A stretch of DNA of 64,000 nucleotides from Candidatus Poribacteria bacterium (GCA_965218095.1 OZ244587.1:5600001-5664000); one strand, 5' to 3'; counted from the stretch's first letter, positions 1-11,303 are shown. Program-made: numbers and translations. The notes: generated by a model from the sequence alone, not told the origin.

Positions 1-2185
1 CGCTCACATCAACCGAAACCCAGTAGTCTCCACTCCCCAGTCCAGTATTTTCGACTAAGGGCGAGATATCCGTTATGTTATTGTCATCAAGGCTCAGTGT
101 TGTCAGGTTGGTTAATCCTGCCAAGACTGAGATATCTGTTATGGAGTTTATCCAAAGGGTCAGGCTTGTCAGATTACTCGCACCTTCAAGTCCTGTCAAA
201 TCGCTAATGTTAGCGTTAGGGGCGAAAAGTCGGGTCAAAGTCTCCATATCCGCTACGGTAATGGTGGCACCTGACGCTTTGTCGAGAGAGTTCTCAATGG
301 CAGCACGTAGGTTGGGGTCGGGTATCTCCACCGTTTGTGCTATGTCCTCCGGTTGCACGACGACACCGTCAAACTGTACATCCACTTCTCTGTTTTGGAG
401 GGCGGAAATGTGGGTGTTGATGGATGCGGCGTTGAGGGGATTTCCCTTTACATTGACCCTGTCTCCGTTCCCCAGTCCTGTATTTGCGACTAAGGGTGAG
501 ATGTCCGATATGGAGTTTTCCCAAAGTCCCAGTTCTGTCAGTTGAGTTAATCCCGCTAAGGGTGAGATATCCGATATGGAGTTTTCCCAAAGCCCCAGTA
601 CTGTCAGATTAGTTAATCCTGCCAGGGGGGAGATGTCCGTTATGTTATTGCCTTCAATCCACAGGAATGTCAGGTTGGTTAATCCTGCTACTGCTGAGAT
701 GTCCGTTATGTTATTATTTCCAAGACTCAGGGTTGTCAGGTTGGTTGCAGCTTCAAGCCCTGTCAAATCGTTAATGTTAGCGTTACGGGCGAAAAGTCGG
801 GTCAAAGTCTCCATATCCGCCACGGTGATGGTGTCCCCTGACGCTTTACCGAGAGTTTTCTCAATGGCAGCGCGTAGGTTGGGGGCGGGTATATCCACCA
901 CCGTTTGGTCGATGTCTCCCGGTTGCACGACGATGTTATCAAACTGTATCACCACGCCTCTGTCCTGGAGGGTGGGAATGTGGATGTGGACGGCTGCGGC
1001 GTTGAGTGGGTTTTCACTTACATTCACCCAGTCTCCACTTCCCAGTCCTGTATTTGCGACTAAGGGTGAGATGTCGGATATGCTATTGTCTTCAAGCCTC
1101 AGTTCTGTCAAGTTAGTTAATCCCGCCACGGCGGAGATGTCCGATATGGAATTGTCGTAAAGCCACAGTGCTGTCAGGTTGGTTAATCCCGCCACAGCAG
1201 AGATGTCTGTTATGGAGTTGTTGTAAAGCCCTACTTCTGTCAGGTTGGTTAATCCTGCTATCGCTGAGATGTCCGTTATGTTATTGTCTTCAAGCCGCAG
1301 TTCTATCAGGTTAGTTAATCCCGCCAAGGCAGAGATGTCCGATATGGAGTTTTCCCAAAACCATAGTCTTGTCAGGTTAGTTAATCCCGCCAAGGCAGAG
1401 ATGTCCGATATGGAATTATTGGCAAGCCATAGTCTTGTCAGGTTAGTTAATCCTGCTATTGCTGAGATGTCTGTTATGTTATTGTCTCCAAGCCCCAGTT
1501 GCGTCAGGTTGGTTGCAGCTTCAAGCCCGGTCAAATCGCTAATGTTAGCATTAAAGGCGAAAAGTTCGGTCAAAGTCAGCATATCTGCCACGGTGATTGT
1601 GTCACCTGACGCTTTGCCACGAGTATTCTCAATCACAGCGCGGAGATTGGGGTCGGGTATCTCTACCGTTTGGGCGATGTCCTCCGGTTGCACGACGATG
1701 TCGTCAAACTGTACCTCTACCGCTCTGCTTTGGAGGTCAGGAATGTGGGTGTTGATGGATGCAGCGTTCAGGAAGTTTCTCTTCACATTAACTCTGTCCC
1801 CACTTCCCAGTCCTGTATTTGCGACTAGGGGCGAGAGGTCCGATATGGAGTTTGTCCGGATCCCCAGCCATGTCAGATTAGTTAATCCTGCCAGAGGTGA
1901 GATGTCTGTTATGTTATTGTTTCCAAGATCCAGTTCTGTCAGGTTGATTGCACCTTCAAGCCCGGTCAAATTGCTAATGTTAGCACTACGAGCGGAAAGT
2001 TGGGTCAAAGTCGCCATCTCATCGGCGGTGATTGGGTCACCTGACGCTTTGCCGAGGGTTCTTTCAATCGCATCACGGAGGTTGGGATCGGGGAAGTCCA
2101 CCGTTTGTGCTTGCACGGTTGCCGTCATCAGAATCGAAAGGCAAATCGACAGGAATAAAGTGAAACGAAAAGGTTGTTTTGTCAT
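1..2185 (-). CDS. Secreted internalin-like leucine-rich-repeat protein, runs off the left edge of the window
   Basis: Hand translation from ATG 2185: MTKQPFRFTLFLSICLSILMTATVQAQTVDFPDPNLRDAIERTLGK...NLTELDLGNNNITDISPLAGLTNLTWL. It has a signal peptide and 22-aa LRRs, and the frame is still open at position 1. It is missing from the ORF track because there is no stop codon in the window. Confidence 0.93.
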   Translation of the reverse strand, partial: MTKQPFRFTLFLSICLSILMTATVQAQTVDFPDPNLRDAIERTLGKASGDPITADEMATLTQLSARSANISNLTGLEGAINLTELDLGNNNITDISPLAGLTNLTWLGIRTNSISDLSPLVANTGLGSGDRVNVKRNFLNAASINTHIPDLQSRAVEVQFDDIVVQPEDIAQTVEIPDPNLRAVIENTRGKASGDTITVADMLTLTELFAFNANISDLTGLEAATNLTQLGLGDNNITDISAIAGLTNLTRLWLANNSISDISALAGLTNLTRLWFWENSISDISALAGLTNLIELRLEDNNITDISAIAGLTNLTEVGLYNNSITDISAVAGLTNLTALWLYDNSISDISAVAGLTNLTELRLEDNSISDISPLVANTGLGSGDWVNVSENPLNAAAVHIHIPTLQDRGVVIQFDNIVVQPGDIDQTVVDIPAPNLRAAIEKTLGKASGDTITVADMETLTRLFARNANINDLTGLEAATNLTTLSLGNNNITDISAVAGLTNLTFLWIEGNNITDISPLAGLTNLTVLGLWENSISDISPLAGLTQLTELGLWENSISDISPLVANTGLGNGDRVNVKGNPLNAASINTHISALQNREVDVQFDGVVVQPEDIAQTVEIPDPNLRAAIENSLDKASGATITVADMETLTRLFAPNANISDLTGLEGASNLTSLTLWINSITDISVLAGLTNLTTLSLDDNNITDISPLVENTGLGSGDYWVSVDVS

Positions 2186-2304
2186 GGATTTATCTCTTTT
2201 GTAGTTGGAAATGTGTGAGAGGCATTTGTCAGGGCACGCTCTCTTATCCGGGAGTGACTTACTGTTTCGCTACGAATCCCGATTGCTATCAAAATACTAA
2301 CTAA

Positions 2305-3354
2305 ACGACTTGTGCTAGTTGATATAGGCTATGCGAAAACTAAGTCTTTGATTTCCATAAGCGGTCGTCCTAGACTGCGGTTGAGCAAAACTGCTAAGCT
2401 GAACCCTGCTAGCTTATCAATAATTCGGGTCAACATGCCCCAATGATAACGCGCTCTGATTCGACAGAGATGAAACTGGTCATTGAGTTGATTGATGGTA
2501 GTTTCAATTCGTCTCCGAATCCAATTGAGATTCCGCCGGAGTTGTGGCGTATGTTGTGACTTCTGATTCTCACGCTTGATAGCGAATAAGCGAATCCCAT
2601 CCAACTCAAGGAGCATCTCACTCAATGGGTCTGAAATGTAACCTTTGTCTCCAATTATCAGGGGATAATCGCCTGTTTCACACATCGTCGAAAGCACCTC
2701 CCGCTCATCAACATTGGCATTGGGTACGGAAAAAGCGAGGGGTACGCCTTGATGATTAGATGAACGCGAAATCCTAAGAATGTACCCAATCCTTTGGTTT
2801 CACAATACCCGTAGGTCCTGACACTTGAGAGGCGATGTGGAAGAATGCGCACGCTTAAAGTCACAGAGGGGGACAGCCAAGCTATCGACAATGAAGATGT
2901 CATTTAACGGAAGTTCATCGTTGAGTGCTTGTTTAAGTTTTCCACTTACTCCCGACAGATTACGACGCCGACGATTAAATCGAGTTCACTCAGGTAAATG
3001 CGGAAATAGATGGCAGAACTCCTTTTTGACAAGGTTATACTAACCCGTTGACTATCAATGCCAACCATCTCACCGCCCCAAGCGATGGTTATTACTTCAC
3101 TGTCGGCTAGGTTGCTATTGGGGACACCCCGATGGGGCATTCCATCGGGGAAATGGTGTTCATACAAATCATCAATAACAATGAAACTCACACTCAGCAA
3201 GTCTTCGAGATTCAGCGACGTGATTCCTTCTTGTGCGAAAGCGGCACTCCGCTTTTGACATAACTCCATTGAAATGCTTCCTCTCTTTCATTCGAGATAA
3301 GTAACTTCTCTCAAAGGATAGCACTTCCTTTGCCTTTTAACTAGCAAAAGTCGT
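2305..3354 (-). mobile_element. IS982-family insertion sequence with frameshifted transposase
   Basis: TIRs ACGACTTGTGCTAGTT (2305-2320) and AACTAGCAAAAGTCGT (3339-3354). 7-bp target duplication TAACTAA at 2298-2304 and 3355-3361. Confidence 0.9.
2329..3269 (-). pseudogene. IS982 transposase split over three frames
   Basis: Fragments carry LADSEVITIA, GDKGYIS and RRRIETTINQL...RIRAR motifs typical of IS982 DDE transposases. Confidence 0.88.
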
Positions 3355-3599
3355 TAACTAATGGTGCTAGTTGAATATCATGGAATTTCTGTTAGAGTAT
3401 TTGTGCCCCAAACAAACCTCTTAAACAAGAGAATCGCATGGACTTAATCATCGTAGCATTTTATACTCTTTGTGACAGTCTTTTAATTCAAATCGGACAT
3501 CAAGACAACAGGCATGCTGAAAATCAGCTCTGCCATCAAAAAGGCTAGTGTATGAAACATAGAACTGATTTTCATTTTTTCTCCTCGCTAGAAAACGGA

Positions 3600-6500
3600 T
3601 TAAAAATCCAGACTCACACCTAACATAATATTGCGTGGCGCACTCCACGAAAGCGGATCCGAATGCTTCTTATCGTTGAGCGGCAGACCGTACCGGTCGT
3701 ATGTCACCGGATCTATCAGATCGTCCAGATTTTTCGTGTTGAAGATATTCCGAATATCCGCAAAGAAAGTATACGTCAACCCACCTATCCGGCTTCGCTT
3801 GCTAAGAAGCGCGTCAACATTGTAAGTTGCCGGATACCGCTTCGAGTTCACGTCAGGTTTGACCGGCGCGTTCGGATTTGGCGTGTAGGGCAAGCCACTG
3901 CCGTACCGGCCAATCAGGTTGATGGCAGCATCGAACGGCAATTGAACGTCCAACGTTCCGGAAACAATGTGCCGCTGATCCCAGGCTAAGGGATGACTTT
4001 CAGTCACTTCAGGTTGTGCCCGATAATAGGTCAGGTAGCCCAGATTTCGACTGGAGCCTTTCCCCTTTGCGACGGAATAGGTATAACTGAGCATCCCGGA
4101 AACTGGACTCCGCCCCGTGCGCCACTTGCGAACCGTCAACTCAAATCCTTGAACCCGCCCGTAGATGTCATTAATGAAATAACTGTAATCGTTGGTAATA
4201 TCGACATGCACGCTACTCACAAGTTTGTCGATATCCTTCGTAAACCCAGTCAGGTCAACCGTTAAGTCGTCGGTAAATTGCTGTGCCACCCCGACTTCGT
4301 AGGCGATAGTTTTCTCCGGTTCCAAGTCAGGATTCCCCCTTCTGCGGATTGCGCCTCGCATATCAAAGTTGAGATTTTCGTAGAGATCATCGCCCCGCGG
4401 AATCTGGTAGTAATGCCCATATGTAAAGTGCAACTTCGCCCGATCCGTAATCGGAAACGAGGTGCCGAGGCGTGGGGCAAACATGTGTTTGACGGAAGCC
4501 TCAACCGGATCTTTGATGATGGGTAGCCCAACTTTGTAGATGCTTTTATCGAGTTTGATTGTTCCATCTGAGTTCAGTTCAAGCGGATCCAACGGATCCG
4601 CGGGAGAGATACCATCTGGATTATACAGTTCATACCGCAATCCCGCATTGACAATCATTCCCGCATACTCCATCTTGTCTTGTGCATACACACTCATGGA
4701 GCTAGGTGTTACATCATAAAACTCCATGTAGAGGTTTGAACTTCCCCAATTTGTCGTACCGAGATTATAGAGATTGTGTGTCGTAAATCCAACGCCCGTC
4801 TGGATTTGGTGATTTTCCGTAACTTGGCTGGCAAAATCCGCTTTCAGTATTGATGTCGTCGAATTGCGAGTCGTCCAAGCATTTTCATCACCTGCAATGA
4901 AGTAGTTAGTATCGTTGTACGCTTGCTGAGTCGGGTTCCTAATTCTTCCTTCTGCTTGATTTTCCTCAAAGGATTTTTCGGGATCCCAAGCGTTTTCATC
5001 AAACGTTTTATTCAACGGATCCCACAATTTCTCCGGTTGATGGCTCTCAAAAGAGCGATGGAATTGCCCAAGCGTCAACGTGTAGAAGGTGCCCGAGTTG
5101 AGATTATGTGAGAGTTGCAGGGACATGCTCCGTCCATCCCTGTTTCCCACCGGAATCGCGCTGGGTAAAAAGCGCAGGCTACCGCCATAGGAGGTGCTTT
5201 CCCGCTGATCGAAAAGCCCACCTGCCGTGAGTTTGAGCTCGGGTGTCACTTCAAACTTGACCTTGCCCTGAAAGGTGTATCCCATTGCGTCATCATTGGG
5301 CAGGTAACTTTCATCTTGCCGCAACTGGCTGGCGACCGAGAACGTCAACCGATTGCCCCATATCGGCCCGCTGAGTGCAAACTCCCCAATATGGCTTGGA
5401 CGCAAATCATAGTTTTTTGTATCGTTGAACAACCCGCTATACTGGTTCAAATCCACGATGTAGCCATCTAACAGCGTAACCTGTTTCTTCTCATAGTCAA
5501 TAATGGTGCCATCGGTGTCCCTATAAGGTTGGCGTGCCATAATGGTTTCACCCGTCTCGGCATCCACCTTGGGTTCGCCTGTTTCCGAATCGATAACGGG
5601 AAGAAGCGGGTTTTCCGTCCTGTCGGCATACACACCTGGGACAATCTCCGTGAAAACTACCTGTGCATTGCCCTCCCGATCTGCCAACTCCGCAACCGTA
5701 ACAGCCTCCCCACGATAGGGCGTTTGATAATCGTAAGGTTTACCGAGGAAGATTCCCCTGAAAGGTTCAAGTGCCTCCAATCGGAAGCCGTTGTCTGGAT
5801 CCCGCCAAGGACCGTATAACGGATCGCCGTGGTGCGTCCTCCACTGCCCAATTCGGTACCTGATTCTGCCAGAAAAGTTTTGTGTGCCAGCCTTTGTTAT
5901 GAGATTAATCACACCGGATTGCGCATCACCGTATTCGGCATTGAATCCCCCCGTGATGACTTCCATCTGCTCAAGCGCATTCGTGCTGATATGCACGCCC
6001 AAGCTCCTGCCAATCGGATCATTAATCGGGATGCCGTCAATCAGATATTTAACCTCCATCGAACGGCCCCCTCGAATATGGAGCGTGCCGGCGGAGTTGA
6101 GCACCGAAACACCTGCCTGTGTTGCGACAATCCCATTCACAGTATCGCGGGGCATAGCGGCGATATCCTCCGCTTCAATAATCCTTGTTGTTTGCGTAAC
6201 ATCCCGCTGAATCAGCGGTTTGATCGCCCTCACCGTTATCTCTTCGAGCGTGACAACCTCAGCGGACTCCAGCGCGAAGTTTAACGTTGTGGTAAGCCCG
6301 GCGAACACCTTCGCACCCACCACAGTCTCCGAACCGTAGCCAGTGAGTTCGACTTTCACATCATAACCTCCCGGTGGGATATTGGCCATGACATAATAGC
6401 CGGCATCGTTTGTCGTCGTGGTACTGCTTGTCCCGACAATTGTAACCTTGACATTCGCCAGTGGTGCCTTAGTCGCTTCAGACCTGACGATGCCTGAAAT

Positions 6501-6608
6501 CTTCCCAGTGATGGCGGCAGAGGCACTACGAAAGCCTGTCTGTTCTACAAACATAAGCGCCGCTACGCAAGCCATAAGTATCCAGAAGAAAGGTGTTGTT
6601 TTTTTCAT
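3600..6608 (-). CDS. TonB-dependent receptor with N-terminal carboxypeptidase-regulatory-like domain
   Basis: 1002 aa. TGKISGIV start, plug motifs LHIRGGR..E..YLIDG and GGFNAEYG.AQSGVIN, GNPDLEPEKT, and C-terminal Phe. Confidence 0.93.
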   Translation of the reverse strand: MKKTTPFFWILMACVAALMFVEQTGFRSASAAITGKISGIVRSEATKAPLANVKVTIVGTSSTTTTNDAGYYVMANIPPGGYDVKVELTGYGSETVVGAKVFAGLTTTLNFALESAEVVTLEEITVRAIKPLIQRDVTQTTRIIEAEDIAAMPRDTVNGIVATQAGVSVLNSAGTLHIRGGRSMEVKYLIDGIPINDPIGRSLGVHISTNALEQMEVITGGFNAEYGDAQSGVINLITKAGTQNFSGRIRYRIGQWRTHHGDPLYGPWRDPDNGFRLEALEPFRGIFLGKPYDYQTPYRGEAVTVAELADREGNAQVVFTEIVPGVYADRTENPLLPVIDSETGEPKVDAETGETIMARQPYRDTDGTIIDYEKKQVTLLDGYIVDLNQYSGLFNDTKNYDLRPSHIGEFALSGPIWGNRLTFSVASQLRQDESYLPNDDAMGYTFQGKVKFEVTPELKLTAGGLFDQRESTSYGGSLRFLPSAIPVGNRDGRSMSLQLSHNLNSGTFYTLTLGQFHRSFESHQPEKLWDPLNKTFDENAWDPEKSFEENQAEGRIRNPTQQAYNDTNYFIAGDENAWTTRNSTTSILKADFASQVTENHQIQTGVGFTTHNLYNLGTTNWGSSNLYMEFYDVTPSSMSVYAQDKMEYAGMIVNAGLRYELYNPDGISPADPLDPLELNSDGTIKLDKSIYKVGLPIIKDPVEASVKHMFAPRLGTSFPITDRAKLHFTYGHYYQIPRGDDLYENLNFDMRGAIRRRGNPDLEPEKTIAYEVGVAQQFTDDLTVDLTGFTKDIDKLVSSVHVDITNDYSYFINDIYGRVQGFELTVRKWRTGRSPVSGMLSYTYSVAKGKGSSRNLGYLTYYRAQPEVTESHPLAWDQRHIVSGTLDVQLPFDAAINLIGRYGSGLPYTPNPNAPVKPDVNSKRYPATYNVDALLSKRSRIGGLTYTFFADIRNIFNTKNLDDLIDPVTYDRYGLPLNDKKHSDPLSWSAPRNIMLGVSLDF

Positions 6609-6691
6609 TGGTTTCTCTCCTGAAAATCAAGCATTGTGGATTTTAAACGCAGTAAGTCGTGCTTAACTCGAATTTTCAACTCTTGATTCAA

Positions 6692-7246
6692 CTACTCAGC
6701 ACGTCTCATAAGAACTATAGTTCCGGTTACTCCAGTTGATGTTAGGGTGAGCGTATCTCCTGATAAATTCCAAGTGGCTTCCTCAATGGAAATTACGCTT
6801 TGTTCTTCTGTGTAATTTAGTGAATCCCAGACATCTTTAGGTTCAAGTATTACCTTTTCTTCTTCTGCAACGAATGACAACTTTGAACCCGATAGAGTAT
6901 ATTTCCCGTTAGCGGTAAAAGTCTGCCTGAGCGTGACAAAAACGCCATCACCTTTATTGACTACCGACTCAAATCCAAGATTAAGAGAATATGAACCATC
7001 GGTAGCAAAAACAACGTCATTCTTGGCAATCTTGGTTTCTATTCCTTGTATTTGCCCCTCTTCTTCAAAACCAAAGGCAAACGACAAAGCAAAGGTAAGC
7101 AAGCTGGCAACTGTGCTAAGGGGTTGTTCATCGATCGATACTATCTCCCAAGAACCAACCAATGTTGACTCGTCTTCGTCACTGCTACCGCAACCCATCA
7201 CAACTAGTAGAATTACTACAAACACAACCAACGTTTTCCTCAGCAT
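6692..7246 (-). CDS. Lipoprotein, lipocalin-like beta-barrel
   Basis: Lipobox VMGC, LVGSW motif and C-terminal W.LSGDTLTL. Likely start is ATG 7246. Confidence 0.7.
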   Translation of the reverse strand: MLRKTLVVFVVILLVVMGCGSSDEDESTLVGSWEIVSIDEQPLSTVASLLTFALSFAFGFEEEGQIQGIETKIAKNDVVFATDGSYSLNLGFESVVNKGDGVFVTLRQTFTANGKYTLSGSKLSFVAEEEKVILEPKDVWDSLNYTEEQSVISIEEATWNLSGDTLTLTSTGVTGTIVLMRRAE

Positions 7247-7315
7247 ATCCCTTTCCCTCCACACTTGTAATTAGACAAGGTGGTTGAACCCCGGCATTTT
7301 TTTCATTTGACAGCA

Positions 7316-7378
7316 GAAGGCATTTACCCCTAAACGCCCCTCCCAAAGATTCATTTGGATGATTCAAACAGGCTCTAA
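7316..7378. repeat. Partial copy (right half) of the MITE at 19165-19295
   Basis: Ends in TTCAAACAGGCTCT and aligns by eye with 19235-19295. Confidence 0.6.
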
Positions 7379-7380
7379 AA

Positions 7381-8318
7381 TCAGAATAGGCAAAAACTGC
7401 CGGGAATATAATTCCTAGAAAAGGAGAGGCCAAATGTTATCGGCATCATGTCTTGGCTTGGTAACTTAAAGAACGGTCTATCCACTCGCAATTCGAACTT
7501 CAAGCGACTCTGAGAGAGACGCAGGATCTCTATTCCGCCGGCGGCATAGGCACCCAAGCCATCATCTTCTTCATCGTTATAGCTAGCACCGACTATGGCG
7601 AGCCCGCCGCCCACATAGGGCGAAATATTCTGTTTGTTGAAGAAGTAACGTCCGCCAATCGACCAGGAGAAGAAGGAAAAACTGTCGGTCTCATACTCGT
7701 CGCGTCGCTGCCCCTGAACTCCGTCCCCACAGCATAGGAGGGCGTCTCATAAGACCAACCAAACTCATAACCGGGTTCGGCTACGATGTCTGTGCCGGGG
7801 ACGAAGGTTCCGAGGATTCCTACATTCCAAAGGGACTCGCCGGTTATCTTCCGGCGTACAGCCGCCTCCTGTTCGGTAACATTCTCCATGTCAACTGTAG
7901 AAGCAATTGGCTTTCGGTGGACAAGCGCATCGACCAGCCTCGGTGCGGCTGAGACCATCTCTTCGATACCTGCCAACATCATCTGTCGCTCAATAATGAT
8001 TGTTCCGACGGGGTTTTCCTGACTCAAGCGCACGAAAATCTTCTCACCCAGACGGCGTAAAACAACGCGATAGGCACTCGCTGAGGCCGGTGCCTCGTAA
8101 ACGGGATCGCCGACCGATATACCCTGCTTGCGCAGCTCATCACGCACCAACATGGCGGCGGTCTGCGCGTCGGCTTCGGGGATGCCTAGATGGTCACCGA
8201 TTAAGCAGACAGCAGTGGCAGGTGCCGGGGCATCAACCTGTGCAACAACGGGGACAACAGGGAAGGCTAGAAATACAAAACCAAACAAGAAACTCCAGAT
8301 CCTTTTCAGATTAAACAT
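7381..8318 (-). pseudogene. Secreted protein with C-terminal outer-membrane beta-barrel-like region, frameshifted near 7705
   Basis: Signal peptide at the start. Changing frame after TEFRG gives SWSIGGRYFFNKQNISPYVGGGLAI..., which continues into ORF 7381..7614. Confidence 0.7.
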
Positions 8319-8419
8319 CTTAAAATCTCCTTCTGACACCAAAAATAAAGCCCATGTATGAAACTAAAATATACATGGGCTGTGACTAAGGACTTCTTGA
8401 AACGGGTTTTCCCCGCACA

Positions 8420-9967
8420 TCAGCGGGATTCTTGTCGAAGCCCTATCCAGAGGCAGGCCGCCATTCCCAATAGGACAATGGCGAACGGGAAGCCGGTTGC
8501 GAGCGAAGCCGCCTGCAACGACTTCAGACCGCCGCCAAGTAGCAACGCGATGGCAACCAACCCCTCAAGACTACACCAGAACACGCGTTGAGGAACCGGC
8601 GCGTCAATCTTGCCGCCGGCTGCGATGGTGTCAATGATCAGAGAGCCGGAGTCCGACGAGGTAACGAAAAAGACGATTGTCAGCATCATCGCGACGGAGG
8701 CAAGTAGGGTTGTCAACGGCAGTTCATCGAACATTTTGAACAACGCAAGTTCCAACTTCCAAGCCTCAACGTTCTCGGTCACACCCGTATAGCCATCAAC
8801 CATGTGCTGATGGAGCGCGGTACCGCCAAAGGCAGCGAACCATAGTAAACATAACAACGTCGGCAGAAGGAGCACAAAGATCACGAACTGGCGTACCGTA
8901 CGCCCCTTTGAAATGCGGGCGATGAAAGTACCGACGAACGGCGCCCAAGCTATCCACCATGCCCAGTAGAACGTGGTCCAGTCGTGCAGGAAGCCGGTAT
9001 CCTCGCGCCCAATCCAGTTGCTGAGTGGCACAATCCTCATGAAATAGTCACCAAGCCCAGCGAAGATACTGCGGACAATGTAGAGCGTCGGGCCAAGTAT
9101 GATAACAGCCAACAGCAACAAAAAGGCGACAATTATATTGAACTGGCTCAGACGCTTGATCCCGACATTAATACCGGTCAGCACGGATGTCATTGCGATG
9201 GCTGTTATCACCACAATCAACACCACCATGGTGACGCTATTCGCGGGAATGTCAAACAGATAGTTGAGACCGGATGTGACCTGTTGTACCCCCAATCCGA
9301 GCGAGGTTGCGAGTCCAAACATCCCTGCGAATATGGCAAACGTATCAATGATATGGCCAGGCCAGCCCCAGACTCGGTCACCGAGCAGTGGATAGAACAC
9401 CGAGCGGATGGTGAGGGGCAATCCCCGGTTGTAGGCGAAAAATCCGAGAGCAAGTCCGACGACACCGTAGATTGCCCAACCGTGTATCCCCCAGTGGAAG
9501 ACCGTCGCCGCTATGCCGGCGGTAGCGGCCTCCGCCGTTCCGGCGGTAATGCCGAGCGGGGGATTCTGCAGGTAGTACATCGGCTCCGCCACTCCGAAAA
9601 ACAGCAGACCAATGCCCACGCCTGCCGCGAAGAGCATCGCAAGCCAGGTTAAGTTGGAGTACTCGGGTTTCGCATCTGCGCCCCCGAGGCGCACCTTGCC
9701 GAGTGGAGAAAATGCCACAAACAGACAAAACAGAAAGACAAGATTGGCGGTAATCATGAACAACCAATCAAGGTTCGTAGTGAGCCAAGTGCGGGTGTTT
9801 CCAAAAACTTTTGTCGCGCCCTCCTGAAAGACGAGTGATCCAACGACAAATGCCACGATGGCAATGCTGGAAATCACGAATACCGGAGTCAAGTAGATAT
9901 CTAAACCGAATAATTTCCGGTACTCCCTTTCCTCCGGTAGTTGGGGTTGTTTTCCTTCTTCACGCAT
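8420..9967 (-). CDS. BCCT-family (betaine/choline/carnitine) transporter
   Basis: WLAMLFAAGVGIGLLFFGVAEP, FHWG.HGWAIY, WTTFYWAWWIAWAPFVG.FIARIS.GRT and FFVTSSDSGS motifs. RBS AGGAG precedes ATG 9967. Confidence 0.96.
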   Translation of the reverse strand: MREEGKQPQLPEEREYRKLFGLDIYLTPVFVISSIAIVAFVVGSLVFQEGATKVFGNTRTWLTTNLDWLFMITANLVFLFCLFVAFSPLGKVRLGGADAKPEYSNLTWLAMLFAAGVGIGLLFFGVAEPMYYLQNPPLGITAGTAEAATAGIAATVFHWGIHGWAIYGVVGLALGFFAYNRGLPLTIRSVFYPLLGDRVWGWPGHIIDTFAIFAGMFGLATSLGLGVQQVTSGLNYLFDIPANSVTMVVLIVVITAIAMTSVLTGINVGIKRLSQFNIIVAFLLLLAVIILGPTLYIVRSIFAGLGDYFMRIVPLSNWIGREDTGFLHDWTTFYWAWWIAWAPFVGTFIARISKGRTVRQFVIFVLLLPTLLCLLWFAAFGGTALHQHMVDGYTGVTENVEAWKLELALFKMFDELPLTTLLASVAMMLTIVFFVTSSDSGSLIIDTIAAGGKIDAPVPQRVFWCSLEGLVAIALLLGGGLKSLQAASLATGFPFAIVLLGMAACLWIGLRQESR

Positions 9968-10037
9968 TTTCAAAATTCTCCTTCTAGTTGGACCTAGTTG
10001 GACAGACACAGCGGGCTGTCCCTACAAGCGTAGACGT

Positions 10038-11303
10038 TTAGAAATAATAACCGAAGTTAAAATTAACCCGCCAATTCCACGTGTCATTTCCGTTGGCACC
10101 AACATCACCAATACCCTCATAGATGTTAGCGTAGACATCCCCATCGTTACCGACAAAGGTGTTGCCGTTGGAAAGTGCCAGATCGCTATAGATGTACAGG
10201 CTACCCAAGACCGTCCAGCTCGCACCCAGTGTCACCAAGGTACTGCTGTTGAAGTCACTCTCCGTTTTGAGGACAGTGCTTGCTTCAACATAAGGTGTGA
10301 CGCTGTCAATCCATGAGATGCCTGATGTATCTATGCCGCCGTAGCGCAGTGATAGCGCGGGGATTAATCCCTTGGATGCTATGGGCCAGGCGAAATCGTA
10401 AGCCCCCATTGGAATCAGGTCGCCGGTGCCCCAGGGCGTATCATCGGTGATGTTATACGCGTAATAAGAGAATTGTGAGAAGAGCGTAAAGCCTGCGAAC
10501 GCATTCTTCATGTGCGCGGAAAACGCGTAGTGATTCGCGCCATCATCGTCCACATCTGTTCCCTTCAGCAACCCGTATTGAAGCGACGCACCTATGTCTG
10601 CGATGTTTTCAAGGGCATAGATTGCACGAAGGTTAAATTGATGTTGCTCATCAAACCCGTTTTCTTTTTTTACCTTATCATCATTTTCATCCTTAATAAC
10701 AGTGCCTGTTGAATCAGCCGTAGTATACCACCTGACAATGTCATAGCTGTATCGTGAACTCGCCAGACTATTTCCTATCGTCTGGGGCTCGCTCTGAAGA
10801 TAGTAGCCCACATCAAGGGTCAATTTGCCAAGAGTATCGCTCCATCTGATTCCCAGATCCATATCATCAGCGAGCCCAACATAAAAATGCTGGTCAAAGA
10901 ACCAACTACTAGAAACACCATAAGGACCGGGGCCGAACGGGACCCGCACAATACCAGCCTTGAGCGTGCCTAAATCACCCAGATTATACCCTAACCACGC
11001 TGTATGTATCATACTGTAGCCACTGGACTGGTCGGAATACCTGGGATACCACCGGTATTCGAGTCTGCTGCTGATGTTGTGAAAGTTAAGATCTGCATTT
11101 AGTCGGAACATCTCAAACGCGATATCGCCAATCTTTTCGCTTCGGCCGTCGTCGGTGTAAGTGCCGTAGACATAGTTCGTCCGCATGGCACCCCCAACTT
11201 TAATCGGACTTTTTTTGTCCTCCGCGTGAGCAACCAATTGTGAAACGAACAACAGCCCTACGATGCCGAGACTGAAGATTCGTTTGTGCACCAGATTTTT
11301 CAT
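10038..11303 (-). CDS. Putative outer-membrane porin co-transcribed with the BCCT transporter
   Basis: Signal peptide, alternating beta-strand pattern and C-terminal WRVNFNFGYYF; lies directly upstream of the BCCT gene. Confidence 0.75.
   Translation of the reverse strand: MKNLVHKRIFSLGIVGLLFVSQLVAHAEDKKSPIKVGGAMRTNYVYGTYTDDGRSEKIGDIAFEMFRLNADLNFHNISSRLEYRWYPRYSDQSSGYSMIHTAWLGYNLGDLGTLKAGIVRVPFGPGPYGVSSSWFFDQHFYVGLADDMDLGIRWSDTLGKLTLDVGYYLQSEPQTIGNSLASSRYSYDIVRWYTTADSTGTVIKDENDDKVKKENGFDEQHQFNLRAIYALENIADIGASLQYGLLKGTDVDDDGANHYAFSAHMKNAFAGFTLFSQFSYYAYNITDDTPWGTGDLIPMGAYDFAWPIASKGLIPALSLRYGGIDTSGISWIDSVTPYVEASTVLKTESDFNSSTLVTLGASWTVLGSLYIYSDLALSNGNTFVGNDGDVYANIYEGIGDVGANGNDTWNWRVNFNFGYYF

Noticed and set aside
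75-2204. Long + strand ORFs (156, 194 and 319 aa)
   Set aside because: They are antisense shadows of the repetitive LRR gene on the minus strand.
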